From: Thalassobaculaceae bacterium
GTDB lineage: Bacteria; Pseudomonadota; Alphaproteobacteria; Thalassobaculales; Thalassobaculaceae
NCBI GenBank assembly: GCA_965228875.1
Contig: OZ245843.1
Location: 2,152,616-2,216,615, forward strand
Direction: 5' to 3'
DNA length: 64,000 nt
Position numbers and translations under genes: made by a program
Shown: in pieces, positions 30,222 through 39,554 of the stretch
Layout: each line of letters starts with the position of its first letter
Position numbering within the stretch: position 1 is the first letter of the stretch
The notes under the pieces: model-generated
Told to the model about the DNA's origin: nothing
Seen by the model: only the letters and a program-made list of their open reading frames with translations
Databases searched by the model: none

Positions 30222-31448
30222 CTACGCGCCGTGATCCTGTACCCGCATCCAGCCACGCACGAGCGTGATTGCTACGAACCCGGCGGCAATCAGCGACATG
30301 TAGGCCATCAGGCCGGTCGGCACCCAGGCCTCGATCGCCCAGCCGGACAGCGGCGGACCGATCAGATTGGCCAGCTCGAAGGTCATGACGAAAGCGGCGT
30401 TGGCGGCGACGAGTTCGCCGCCCCGATAGCGCTCACCGAGCATGGTCACGCCGACCGTATAGAGGCCGAAGCTCGCCCCGCCCCACAGGAACAGGATCGG
30501 ATACGCGGACCACGCCTGCCCCTGCGCGGCTTCCGTCCCAAGGGCGCTGACGGCGAGCCAGGGACACGCCACGCACACCGCGCCGAGGACCAGCAGCATC
30601 GCGCGTCGGTTCACCCGGTCGGCGATCCAGCCGAGCGGAATCTGCAGCATCAGGTTGCCGGCGAACACCGCGGTCAGCAGGGTGATCGCCGCATCCGACG
30701 GCATGCCGATGCGCAGGCCGTAGATCGGCAGGAAGGTGAAGAAGGCGGCGTCGACAAGCCCCACGCTGAGCACGGCGGCGAAGATCGTCGGCGCCTCGCG
30801 CGCCAGACGCCCGATGCTGCCCCGGGTCTCCAGCGCCAGCGGCGGCACGAGATTGCGGATCAGCGCCATCGGCAGCGCCGTCAAGGCGGTGACGCCGGCG
30901 ATCGCCGCGAAGGGAAGCACGCCTTCGGTGCCGATCAGGGTGAGGATGACCGGACCGATGGCGAAACCGGAGGCGATCGATGTGACGTAGAACGCCATCG
31001 CCAGGCCGCGCCGGCGCTCGCTGACGATGGCGTTCATCCAGGTCTCGCTGACCACCCAGTGGATCGACACGCCGGCCCCGATGAGGAACCGCAGCACCAG
31101 CCAGACCCACAGGCTATCGAAGAACGCCATGGCGAGGGCCGACGCCGCCGTCAGCAGCAGCCCGGCGACCATGCCGGTACTGGCACCGATCCGGCGCACC
31201 ACCGCGGTCGCGAAGGGCGCGACCATCAGGACGCCGACGGAGGTCATGGCCGAGTTGATCCCGATCAGTACCGAGTCGACCTGACGCGCCTCCAGCGTGA
31301 CCGCGATCAGCGGCACGAAACCGCCGATGGCGAGGCCGATGGCCATGGACGAGGCGTAGTGGGCGATCAGGCTCCAGAGCACCTGAGACCTCGTGAGGTC
31401 GCCGCTTTCGGGCGGACCGCCCACGGACGGCGAAACCGGCGCGGTCAT
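30222..31448 (-). CDS. MFS transporter (YcaD-like)
   Basis: About 12 TM helices; LRFLIG..SETWMN and GWIADRVNRR motifs. Confidence 0.9.
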   Translation of the reverse strand: MTAPVSPSVGGPPESGDLTRSQVLWSLIAHYASSMAIGLAIGGFVPLIAVTLEARQVDSVLIGINSAMTSVGVLMVAPFATAVVRRIGASTGMVAGLLLTAASALAMAFFDSLWVWLVLRFLIGAGVSIHWVVSETWMNAIVSERRRGLAMAFYVTSIASGFAIGPVILTLIGTEGVLPFAAIAGVTALTALPMALIRNLVPPLALETRGSIGRLAREAPTIFAAVLSVGLVDAAFFTFLPIYGLRIGMPSDAAITLLTAVFAGNLMLQIPLGWIADRVNRRAMLLVLGAVCVACPWLAVSALGTEAAQGQAWSAYPILFLWGGASFGLYTVGVTMLGERYRGGELVAANAAFVMTFELANLIGPPLSGWAIEAWVPTGLMAYMSLIAAGFVAITLVRGWMRVQDHGA

Positions 31449-31470
31449 CTCCAGGTCACCGGTGGGCTCC

Positions 31471-32190
31471 TCAAGGGTAGGCGCAGCGCTCGGCCGCCAC
31501 CTGGGCGAACCCGCGCGCGCCCGGCTTCACCAGGAAATGATGCTCGACACCGTCATGAATCACCGACTGCTGCAGCGGCAGAAGGCCGGACACCTCGGTA
31601 CGCTGGCCGTCGATCCGGGTGAACAGGAGGGTCACCGGCTTCTGCGGATCGTACCAGGCCTGGGGCAGCCCGTTGGCGGTGGTCTCGGACTCTCCGCTGC
31701 CGGTCACGGCCACCGCCTCGTTGGCGAAGGTGACGGAGGTATTGGCGCCGTCATACAGCGGCGTCCTGACCAGGAACCGCTTGGTCTCGACCTCCTCGCA
31801 GTCCCGCTTCTCCTCGGCCGCCCGGATCAGGAAAGCGAGCCGCTCCGGATCGACGCCGGCCGCCAGCCGCTCGGAGACGAGGTCGAGCAGTTCCTTGCGC
31901 CGGCCCGTGGGTACATCCGCGTCGTATCGGCGCTCCCACTCGGCGACCGCCAGCTTGGCCTTCTCGACCGCGACCCGCAGGTTGGCCGCTTCCTGCTCGC
32001 TGACGCTGCGGGCCTGTTCGAACTCCAGCAGCTGCTCCTGATGGAGACGGCGCTGCCCCTCGATATCCTCGGCACCGAACTCGTAGGCGGTCATCGCGGT
32101 CGCCAGAACGATCCCGATATAGATGATGAAGCGGATCAGTCCGCCCCACATCCGCCGCCGATACCGCCGCTCGCTGTCGTAGATGCTCAT
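31471..32190 (-). CDS. Hypothetical protein (TM, coiled coil, beta domain)
   Basis: Start MSIYDSERR with GAGGA RBS; one N-terminal TM helix. Confidence 0.7.
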   Translation of the reverse strand: MSIYDSERRYRRRMWGGLIRFIIYIGIVLATAMTAYEFGAEDIEGQRRLHQEQLLEFEQARSVSEQEAANLRVAVEKAKLAVAEWERRYDADVPTGRRKELLDLVSERLAAGVDPERLAFLIRAAEEKRDCEEVETKRFLVRTPLYDGANTSVTFANEAVAVTGSGESETTANGLPQAWYDPQKPVTLLFTRIDGQRTEVSGLLPLQQSVIHDGVEHHFLVKPGARGFAQVAAERCAYP

Positions 32191-32327
32191 GTCCAAGTGT
32201 CCTCGCCGGGGGGAGACCGAAGCGACAGTTCCCCACCCGCGACGGTGTTCTAGCCGGTCACGCGATTGGGGTGAAGGGGGGCGATCCTGCTTTCCCAATG
32301 GGGCAGCCGTATGTCACCTTCCGCCCC

Positions 32328-33254
32328 ATGTCGAGCACTATGCCCCCCTCCTCCACGACCCCGGATCCGACCGGCCGAACGCCGGACGTGTCGGAGAATG
32401 CGGTGCGGGGCATCGTCCTTCTTCTGGTCGCCGAGATGCTGTTCGCCACCATGGACACCATCGCCAAGCACCTGGGCCAGGAGATCCCGGTGCCGATGGT
32501 CGCGTGGGGCCGCTACGCCTTCCATCTCGGCTTCATGCTGATGCTGTTTCCCGGCCGGCGGCTGCTGCCGCTGCTCCGGGTCCGCCAGGTCAAGCTGACA
32601 CTGCTGCGCGGCGTCCTGCTGCTGACCGCGACCCTGAGTTTCTTCACCGCGATCCGCTACATCCCGCTGGCCGACGCGGTGGCGATCGGCTTCGTGGCCC
32701 CTCTGTTCGTCGTCGCCCTGTCGATCCCGATCCTCGGCGAGCGGGTCGGCCCCCGTCGCTGGGCCGCCGTCCTGATCGGCCTGGTCGGGGTGATGATCAT
32801 CGTGCGCCCCGGTTTGGCGGACGTGCACTGGGCCTACGGACTGATGATCTTCATGGCCTTCATCTTCGCCGCCTTCGTCATCGTCACCCGGATGCTGACC
32901 CGCACCGAAGAGACCATGTCGATCCTGTTCTACGCCGCGCTCATGGGAACCGTCGGGACGACGCTGATGCTTCCGTTCTTCTGGCAGACGCCGACCTGGG
33001 AACAGGTCGGATGGATGGCGGCGATGGGGGCGATCGGCGGAGTGTCACAGCTGCTGATGATCAACGCCTACAAGGTGGCCACCGCCTCGGCCCTTGCCCC
33101 GTTCCAGTATCTGCAGATCATCTTCGCGGCCTTCTGGGGTTACGTGATCTTCTCTGACTTCCCCGACATGTGGGTGGTCATCGGCGGCGGCATCGTCGTC
33201 GCGAGCGGACTCTACGTGATCCACCGCGAAACCATGCTGGCGAAAGCGGAATAG
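32328..33254 (+). CDS. DMT/EamA family transporter
   Basis: About 10 TM; IPLADA.AI.F.APL, LGERVG..RW and ALAPFQY motifs. Confidence 0.92.
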   Translation: MSSTMPPSSTTPDPTGRTPDVSENAVRGIVLLLVAEMLFATMDTIAKHLGQEIPVPMVAWGRYAFHLGFMLMLFPGRRLLPLLRVRQVKLTLLRGVLLLTATLSFFTAIRYIPLADAVAIGFVAPLFVVALSIPILGERVGPRRWAAVLIGLVGVMIIVRPGLADVHWAYGLMIFMAFIFAAFVIVTRMLTRTEETMSILFYAALMGTVGTTLMLPFFWQTPTWEQVGWMAAMGAIGGVSQLLMINAYKVATASALAPFQYLQIIFAAFWGYVIFSDFPDMWVVIGGGIVVASGLYVIHRETMLAKAE

Positions 33255-33303
33255 GGCGCGATCGGTTCAGATCGAATCGCTATGAACCTTGAACTGCCCT
33301 CTA
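33252..33303. repeat. Left-half copy of dispersed double-hairpin repeat
   Basis: TAGGGCGCGATCGGTTCAGATCGAATCG... aligns with 43506-43550; ends supply the stop codons of both convergent genes. Confidence 0.6.
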
Positions 33304-34527
33304 GCCGTCGGCGGTCTTCTTGCCGCCGACGGAGAACACCGTTAGCAGCGACACGATCATGAACCCGGCGATCACGTAGAAGACGAGCTTCGGCTCGCCC
33401 TGATCCAGCAGGAAGCCGAACATGAGCGGGGCGACGATGCCGCCGAGGCTGAAGCCGGTCGACACGAAGCCGAAGACCTTGCCCATGGAGCCCGGCGGCG
33501 TGACGGAGCGCACGATCATGTCGCGACTCGGCATGATGATGCCGTGCGTCAGGCCCTGCACCGTCATCAGCACCACCAGTGCCCACACCGGCAGCGCAAC
33601 CGCGCCGACGATCAGAACCGCGATCGCCGTCGCCAGGAAACAGGCGGCCGCGACCCGGTTGTGATGCCGCGTGCGGTCGGCGATCACCCCGCCCAGCAGA
33701 ATACCGAGCGAAGAGCCGACCAGATAGCCGGTCAGGCCGATCGTCGCGGAGTGCAGCGGAATGCCGTGCACGCTGTTCAGCGCCGAGACCAGGAAATTGT
33801 TGATCCCGCCGGAACTGAGCGCCAGCAGCAGGAAGAACAGCAGGCACATCAGGATCGCCGGGTTCAGCATGATCGACCGGCCGCCGGCCGCCCCGTCGCC
33901 CTTCTTGGCCCGCCGGTCGGAGCCCGGCTCGTGCTTCAGCGCGCGCCCGAAGACGACGAGGCCGAGCGCCGCCACCATGCCGGCGGCGCCACACACCGTC
34001 ACCGCCATCTGCCAGCCCAGCACGTGCTCGAGCGCGATGATCGTCGTCGGCACCGCGGCGAAGCCCGCGAAGCCTGTGAACGTGTGCAGCGAGAACGCCC
34101 GCCCCATGCGCTTGTCCGACACCGAGGCCGACAGGATCGCATAGTCGGCCGGGTGGTAGACGCCGTTGGCGGCACCCGCGATGACCATCGCCGCCAGCGC
34201 CGCCCAGTAAGTCCCGGTCACGCCGATCAGCACGAAGGCCAGTCCGTGCATCGCCAGGCCGCCGATCAGGATCCATTTCGCCCCGACCCGGTCGACCAGG
34301 AAGCCGAAGGGGATCTGACTGACCCCGGTCGCCGCGTTGGCCACGGTGAGGATCAGGCCGAGCTCGACATAGCTGACACCGAATGCCTCCTTGAGGATCG
34401 GGAACAGCGGCGCCAGCAGCAGAATATAGAAATGGCTGAAGAAGTGGGCGGTGCCGATCAGCGAGATGACCTTCATGTCATCGCGGAAGGACCCGGCGTT
34501 GTCGACGGTGGGGGCGGCTGCGGTCAT
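33301..34527 (-). CDS. MFS transporter (Fsr-like)
   Basis: GFLVDRVG, YHPADY and GVIADRT motifs; about 12 TM. Confidence 0.9.
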   Translation of the reverse strand: MTAAAPTVDNAGSFRDDMKVISLIGTAHFFSHFYILLLAPLFPILKEAFGVSYVELGLILTVANAATGVSQIPFGFLVDRVGAKWILIGGLAMHGLAFVLIGVTGTYWAALAAMVIAGAANGVYHPADYAILSASVSDKRMGRAFSLHTFTGFAGFAAVPTTIIALEHVLGWQMAVTVCGAAGMVAALGLVVFGRALKHEPGSDRRAKKGDGAAGGRSIMLNPAILMCLLFFLLLALSSGGINNFLVSALNSVHGIPLHSATIGLTGYLVGSSLGILLGGVIADRTRHHNRVAAACFLATAIAVLIVGAVALPVWALVVLMTVQGLTHGIIMPSRDMIVRSVTPPGSMGKVFGFVSTGFSLGGIVAPLMFGFLLDQGEPKLVFYVIAGFMIVSLLTVFSVGGKKTADG

Positions 34528-34635
34528 GGGAGTCGGCGGATCGTTGGCTGGGCAACGAAAGTGCGCCCGCACCGGGTCAGGGTCAAGAGGCGGCGCCCCG
34601 TGGCATGGGCTCGGGAACCGCTTTCCGACATCCGA

Positions 34636-34680
34636 GCCCTCTTGCCCCCTGCCCTCTTGCCCCCTGCCCTCTTGCCCCCT
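34636..34680. repeat. Tandem repeat, 3 x 15 bp (GCCCTCTTGCCCCCT)
   Basis: Three exact consecutive copies in a divergent intergenic region. Confidence 0.95.
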
Positions 34681-34706
34681 GCCCCCTCGCCGGCTAGGGG
34701 AAGGCC

Positions 34707-35084
34707 ATGAACCGGACCGTCGCCGTGCTGATCTTCGCTGTGCTGCTGTCGGCCGCCATCCTGTGGGCCGGCGGTGCCGGGATCGTCGCCTACCGGAACT
34801 GGCACGACACCCATGCTCGGATCGAACGCACCCGCGATACCGGCAAGAATGACTGCGGCGCGCGCTATGGCGACCTGGACGCCGTGCAGCGTTGCAAGGA
34901 CCTGATTGAGGTGCGCTACGTGACCGATCTCAACATCGCGCGCGTCACCCGCGCCGCGATCGCCCTCGGGCCGCTGATCGCGGTGGCGCTGGCGGCGTTG
35001 ACGGCATGGCGGTCGGCGTCGGAGCGCGCACGGAGACGCCGCGACAGCCTCCCCGCCCGCCGTAGCAACCGGAGCTCCGCCTAG
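34707..35084 (+). CDS. Small 2-TM membrane protein with a Cys pair
   Basis: Two hydrophobic helices flank a loop with two Cys; stop abuts the next ATG (TAGATG). Confidence 0.65.
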   Translation: MNRTVAVLIFAVLLSAAILWAGGAGIVAYRNWHDTHARIERTRDTGKNDCGARYGDLDAVQRCKDLIEVRYVTDLNIARVTRAAIALGPLIAVALAALTAWRSASERARRRRDSLPARRSNRSSA

Positions 35085-35717
35085 ATGAGCCGCACCCGTC
35101 CCGACGACCCGCCCCGCGCCTGGCAACGCATGCTGAGCGGGCGGCGCCTGGATCTCCTCGACCCTTCGCCGTTCGATGTCGAGATCGAGGACATCGCCCA
35201 CGGCCTGTCGCGGGTCGCGCGGTGGAACGGCCAGACATCGGGGTCGTGGGCCTACTCCGTCGCCCAGCACTCGGTCCTGGTCGAGCAGATCGCCACCGCC
35301 ATCGACGCCACCCTGGTCCGCAAGTGGCGGCTCGCGACCCTGCTGCACGATGGCCCGGAATACGTGATCGGCGACATGATCACCCCGTTCAAGGCGATCA
35401 TCGGCGCCGACTACAAAGCGGTGGACAAGCGCCTGGAGGCGGCGATCCACCTGCGTTTCGGCCTGCCTCCGGAACTGCCGGCCAAGGTCGTGCAACTGAT
35501 CAAGCGGGCCGACCGCATCGCCGCCTTTTTCGAGGCCACCCAGATCGCCGGCTTCGACGTCGCCGAGGCGCGGAAGATCTTCGGCGCCCCGCGCATCCGC
35601 CACGAGATCACCATCGATCCGGTCGCCCCGGACGCGGCGAAGGCCGAATTCCTCAAGCGGTTCCGCATGCTGGCGGGCGTTCCGGCCGGCGGGCATGGTG
35701 CGGTGCACGATAATTGA
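35085..35717 (+). CDS. HD-domain phosphohydrolase (YfbR/YfdR-like)
   Basis: IEDIAHGLS..ARWNGQ, SVAQHS, LLHD and KRAD motifs. Confidence 0.88.
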   Translation: MSRTRPDDPPRAWQRMLSGRRLDLLDPSPFDVEIEDIAHGLSRVARWNGQTSGSWAYSVAQHSVLVEQIATAIDATLVRKWRLATLLHDGPEYVIGDMITPFKAIIGADYKAVDKRLEAAIHLRFGLPPELPAKVVQLIKRADRIAAFFEATQIAGFDVAEARKIFGAPRIRHEITIDPVAPDAAKAEFLKRFRMLAGVPAGGHGAVHDN

Positions 35718-35787
35718 TGCGCGAAGCGGGATTTTCCGCCAAGGTCCGTCGATCCGCAGTCGATCCTAGAACAGGATCCAGAAACGC

Positions 35788-36957
35788 ATGACACAAGCGA
35801 CCAATTCATCCGCGGAGGCGGCGGCCGACGACGGCTCGCACGGCCACCTCAACACGAAGTACTGGCCCGCGACCTTCGAGGAACGGGGCGTGGTGGTTCC
35901 GTTCACCACGCCGATGCTGGCATTCGCCCGTGCCCGGTCCGACGGGAACAGCGGCCTCGAGATCATCGTGCCCGGCCTGTCCGGCGGCAGCGGCGTGTAC
36001 ATCATCGGTTGGGCTTCCGTGCGCGACGTGTTCCGGATGACCGTGCACGACCGCGCCTTCCACGACATGATCGAGACCAAGAAGGCCAAGACCCCCCGCG
36101 ACATGCGGCGCTGCGCCCATGAGATCGCGCTGACCGGCCTGTCCGGGCCCGACGCCATCGACGCCGCCGAGAAAGCGATCGCGCAGGAGGAAAACGAGCG
36201 CCTCCTGACCAACTACTATCTGGTCAACTCGGTCGTGAAGAACATGGCCAAGGTGGACGTTCAGCTCTCGGTCGCGGAACTGTCGTCGCCCGCCGGTCAG
36301 AAGAAGGTGCGCGCCATCATGGCCGGGATCGCCACCGACCTGAAGGTGTCGTCGGAACAGCTCTACGCCGACCTCGAGAAGTGGTCCGACCTGATCGCGC
36401 CGATCGGCATCGCTTCCATGCCGCACGAGTGCCGCCTGCGTCGCCTGATGACCCGGCTGAAGTCGTTCCGCATGAACATCTCCGCCTGGGGCAGGAACTC
36501 CAACGCCGATCCGGACGGCATCTCGTTCCTGGCCGCCGATGTCGCGCTGCTGACCATCGATGTCGGCGAGACCCTGATGGGCGAGATCGACGACCACGCC
36601 AACGACCTGAAGACCGCGCTGTCGAAATGGCAGACCGTCGGCCGGGAGATCGGCCAGCGGATGAACCGGATCTCCTGGCTCCTGGACGGATGGGACCACG
36701 TGCTCAGCCTCTGGGACGACGTCATCGAGGCGCCGATCCACGAGCAGGTCGACGCGCTGGAGGAGATCGTCCGCATGCTGCCGCTGGTCCCGACCAAGGA
36801 ACTCGAGGACCAGAAGGGCAAGGCCTGGGGCGGTATCGAGAACGCGATGCGGAAATTCGTGAAACCGCTGCAGAACTGGCAGTCGGGCGACACCGATATC
36901 GAGCTATCCTTGCGGATCGAACGTCGGCGCGCCGAGGCGATGCGCGAGCAGGGTTGA
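35788..36957 (+). CDS. Hypothetical protein, mostly helical
   Basis: 389-aa ORF with host-like codon usage; no family recognised. Confidence 0.8.
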   Translation: MTQATNSSAEAAADDGSHGHLNTKYWPATFEERGVVVPFTTPMLAFARARSDGNSGLEIIVPGLSGGSGVYIIGWASVRDVFRMTVHDRAFHDMIETKKAKTPRDMRRCAHEIALTGLSGPDAIDAAEKAIAQEENERLLTNYYLVNSVVKNMAKVDVQLSVAELSSPAGQKKVRAIMAGIATDLKVSSEQLYADLEKWSDLIAPIGIASMPHECRLRRLMTRLKSFRMNISAWGRNSNADPDGISFLAADVALLTIDVGETLMGEIDDHANDLKTALSKWQTVGREIGQRMNRISWLLDGWDHVLSLWDDVIEAPIHEQVDALEEIVRMLPLVPTKELEDQKGKAWGGIENAMRKFVKPLQNWQSGDTDIELSLRIERRRAEAMREQG

Positions 36958-36984
36958 CGCCGAGAACGCTTGGGGGAGAGCGGG

Positions 36985-38352
36985 ATGAGCGACACGTCCC
37001 TCGACAACATGGCAAGCAAGGTCTTCGAGATCCCGGAGGCCGAATTCGAGAAGCTGGTCACCGCGCTCGAACTGCGACGGTTGCGCCCGGCGCAGCGGGC
37101 GGCCTCGGTGGCGATGCTCGCGCCGTTGCGGCCGCGCCTGCGCCTGCTGCGTCCGCCGCGCCATTTCACGCCGATGCGACTGTTCTGCCGGCCTTTCGAG
37201 GACCTGCTCTACGATCCGAAATCGCCGCGCAAGGCCCTCGGCCGGATTCCCCGTTCCGCGCTCCCGGCGATCTGGGGACAGGCCGAGCAGCGCCTGGGCG
37301 AGGCGGCGATCGCCGGCGTCGTCGAGACGATCAAGAATGTGGATCCGCGGGACCCGGCCTCGATCGATGCCGCCGGCCAGCCGTTCTGGCGGGATGCACA
37401 TACCGTGCTGACGGACCTGCGCGCCGCCGCCGCCAAGGAGAAGGGCGGACGGGCGAAACTGCAGGAAACCCTGGGCGGACCCGAGGTTCTGGCATCGCTT
37501 GACGACGTCATCACCGCGCTGGCGATCGCCGACCCGCTGACGGCCATGCGCCGCTCCCTGCCGGCACCGCCGATCGCCGAGATCGACAAGCCCGGCCTGC
37601 AGCATGTGCTCGACGCCCTCACCAGGACGGCGACCATCGACCGCGACGGCCTGACCATCCTGGTGCTGTCGCTGATGGCCCGCCTCGCCTCCCCGGCGAT
37701 GCTGCCTGCCCTGATCGAACGGCTGATCGAGGGCGGCGCCGGCGACCTGATCCAGGCCATGGGCGGACAGATCGGCGAGGCCGTGGCGAGCCAGCAGGAA
37801 GACCGCATCATCGACGTCCGCGCCGAGGCCGAGGCGGCCAAGGACGACCCGGTCGCCGTGGCCCGGTCGCTCGGCAAGGAGCTGAAGACGCTGGAGCGGG
37901 ACGCCAAGGCGGCCGGCGGCGGCGGTCGCGGCGTTGCCCGCCAGATCGAGCGGGTCAAGGCCGAGCTCGGCCGCCTGGCGCGGGAGACCGTAGTCGCCGG
38001 CGCGGCCCCCAAAGCGGTCGCGGCGATCGACGCGCTGGATGCACCGCCGGACAATCAGACCAGCAGCCGCGACCGGTTCCGGGCGGTTGAAGATCAGATC
38101 GTGTCTCTCCGCCTGTGCCGGCAGTACGCCGGCGACGTCGGCCTGGAAGGTGAGATCGACGTCGCCATCAAGACCATCGGCGGCGAGCTCGATCAGCGCT
38201 CCACCGACCTGCTGAAGCGGCTCCAGGAAAACGATGCCACGGTGTCCTCCACCGATCTCTTCTGCACGGTGCGACTGGTCGAGCTGGTCGAGGGATCGGA
38301 GAAGGCCGACAAGCTGCGCGAGAAGGGCATGGCCGCGATGCGGGGGGCCTGA
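36985..38352 (+). CDS. Hypothetical all-helical protein
   Basis: GGAG RBS; RLFCRPFEDLL...K..GRIPR motif; no family recognised. Confidence 0.8.
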   Translation: MSDTSLDNMASKVFEIPEAEFEKLVTALELRRLRPAQRAASVAMLAPLRPRLRLLRPPRHFTPMRLFCRPFEDLLYDPKSPRKALGRIPRSALPAIWGQAEQRLGEAAIAGVVETIKNVDPRDPASIDAAGQPFWRDAHTVLTDLRAAAAKEKGGRAKLQETLGGPEVLASLDDVITALAIADPLTAMRRSLPAPPIAEIDKPGLQHVLDALTRTATIDRDGLTILVLSLMARLASPAMLPALIERLIEGGAGDLIQAMGGQIGEAVASQQEDRIIDVRAEAEAAKDDPVAVARSLGKELKTLERDAKAAGGGGRGVARQIERVKAELGRLARETVVAGAAPKAVAAIDALDAPPDNQTSSRDRFRAVEDQIVSLRLCRQYAGDVGLEGEIDVAIKTIGGELDQRSTDLLKRLQENDATVSSTDLFCTVRLVELVEGSEKADKLREKGMAAMRGA

Positions 38353-38505
38353 ACCCGGCTTGCCGCCGCCGAGAGGCGGGCCTAGATTGCGATCTCCCGC
38401 GTCGGTGCCGACCGCGACCGCCTGGACCGCCACGAGGCAACATGCCCCGATCCAGACGGAACGTCCGCGACCACACGCCCAAGACACCAATAAGGAGCCT
38501 CAATC

Positions 38506-39447
38506 ATGGCCACCCCCCAATTCGCATTCCTGGACGACCGCATCGTGCCCTGGGACGAGGGCACCGTTCACGTCGACAGCGCTGCGTTCAAGTTCGGATC
38601 GGCCGTGTTCGAGGGGCTGCGCGGCTACTGGAATGCGGACCAGGAGGAGATGTTCCTGTTTCGCATGGAGGAGCACATGGACCGCCTCGTGTTCTCCCAG
38701 CGGTTCATGCGGTACGACGAGATCATCACGCCGGCCTATGTCGCAGAGAAGACGATTGAGCTGATCCGCGCCAACGGGTTCCGCGGCGAGAACGTGCACA
38801 TCATGACCACCGCCTACATCGCCGGCCGCGGCGGACAGAACGTGACCGGGCCGATCAAGCTGGCGATCACCGCCCAGGAACGCCCGCGCACCCCGAAGAT
38901 CACCGAGGGTATCTCCGCCCAGGTCAGTTCCTGGATGCGGGTCCCCGACAACGCCATGCCGATGCGCGCGAAGGTCAACGCGAACTACCAGAACGGCCGT
39001 CTGGCCACCCTGCAGGCCAATGCCGACGGCTACGACACGGCGATCCTCCTGAACAGCCGCGGCAAGGTGTCCGAGGGGCCGGGAATGTGTTTCTTCATGG
39101 TCCGCGACGGTGTGCCGATCACACCGCACACCTCCAGCGATATTCTGGAGAGCATCACCCGCACCACCGTGCTTCAGCTCCTCGAGGAGATGGGAACGCC
39201 GGCGGTCGAGCGCGATATCGACCGCTCCGAGCTCGTCGCCGCCGACGAGGCGTTCTTCTGCGGCACCGCCTGGGAGGTCACGCCGATCACGGCGATCGAC
39301 AAGCTGGCGGTCGGCAGCGGTTCGGTCGGCCCGCTGACCAAGAACCTTCAGGAGCGGTATTTCGACGTCTGCCACGGCACGACCGGCGCGCACTCGGAAT
39401 GGCGCCTGCCGGTCTACGGCGCGGCGAAGGCAAACGCGGCCGAGTAG
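38506..39447 (+). CDS. ilvE: Class IV PLP aminotransferase (branched-chain type)
   Basis: AVFEGLRGY, RAKVNANY, SEGPG, ILESITR and EAFFCGT motifs; AAGGAG RBS. Confidence 0.85.
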   Translation: MATPQFAFLDDRIVPWDEGTVHVDSAAFKFGSAVFEGLRGYWNADQEEMFLFRMEEHMDRLVFSQRFMRYDEIITPAYVAEKTIELIRANGFRGENVHIMTTAYIAGRGGQNVTGPIKLAITAQERPRTPKITEGISAQVSSWMRVPDNAMPMRAKVNANYQNGRLATLQANADGYDTAILLNSRGKVSEGPGMCFFMVRDGVPITPHTSSDILESITRTTVLQLLEEMGTPAVERDIDRSELVAADEAFFCGTAWEVTPITAIDKLAVGSGSVGPLTKNLQERYFDVCHGTTGAHSEWRLPVYGAAKANAAE

Positions 39448-39554
39448 AACCGGACGGCCGGGGCGGGACGGCTCGGTTACGAGTTTTTTAATCGATTTGC
39501 GGTATCTGTCTCTCCCACGTGCCATTCTTGCCGTCGGCAAACGGAGGGGGTCGG

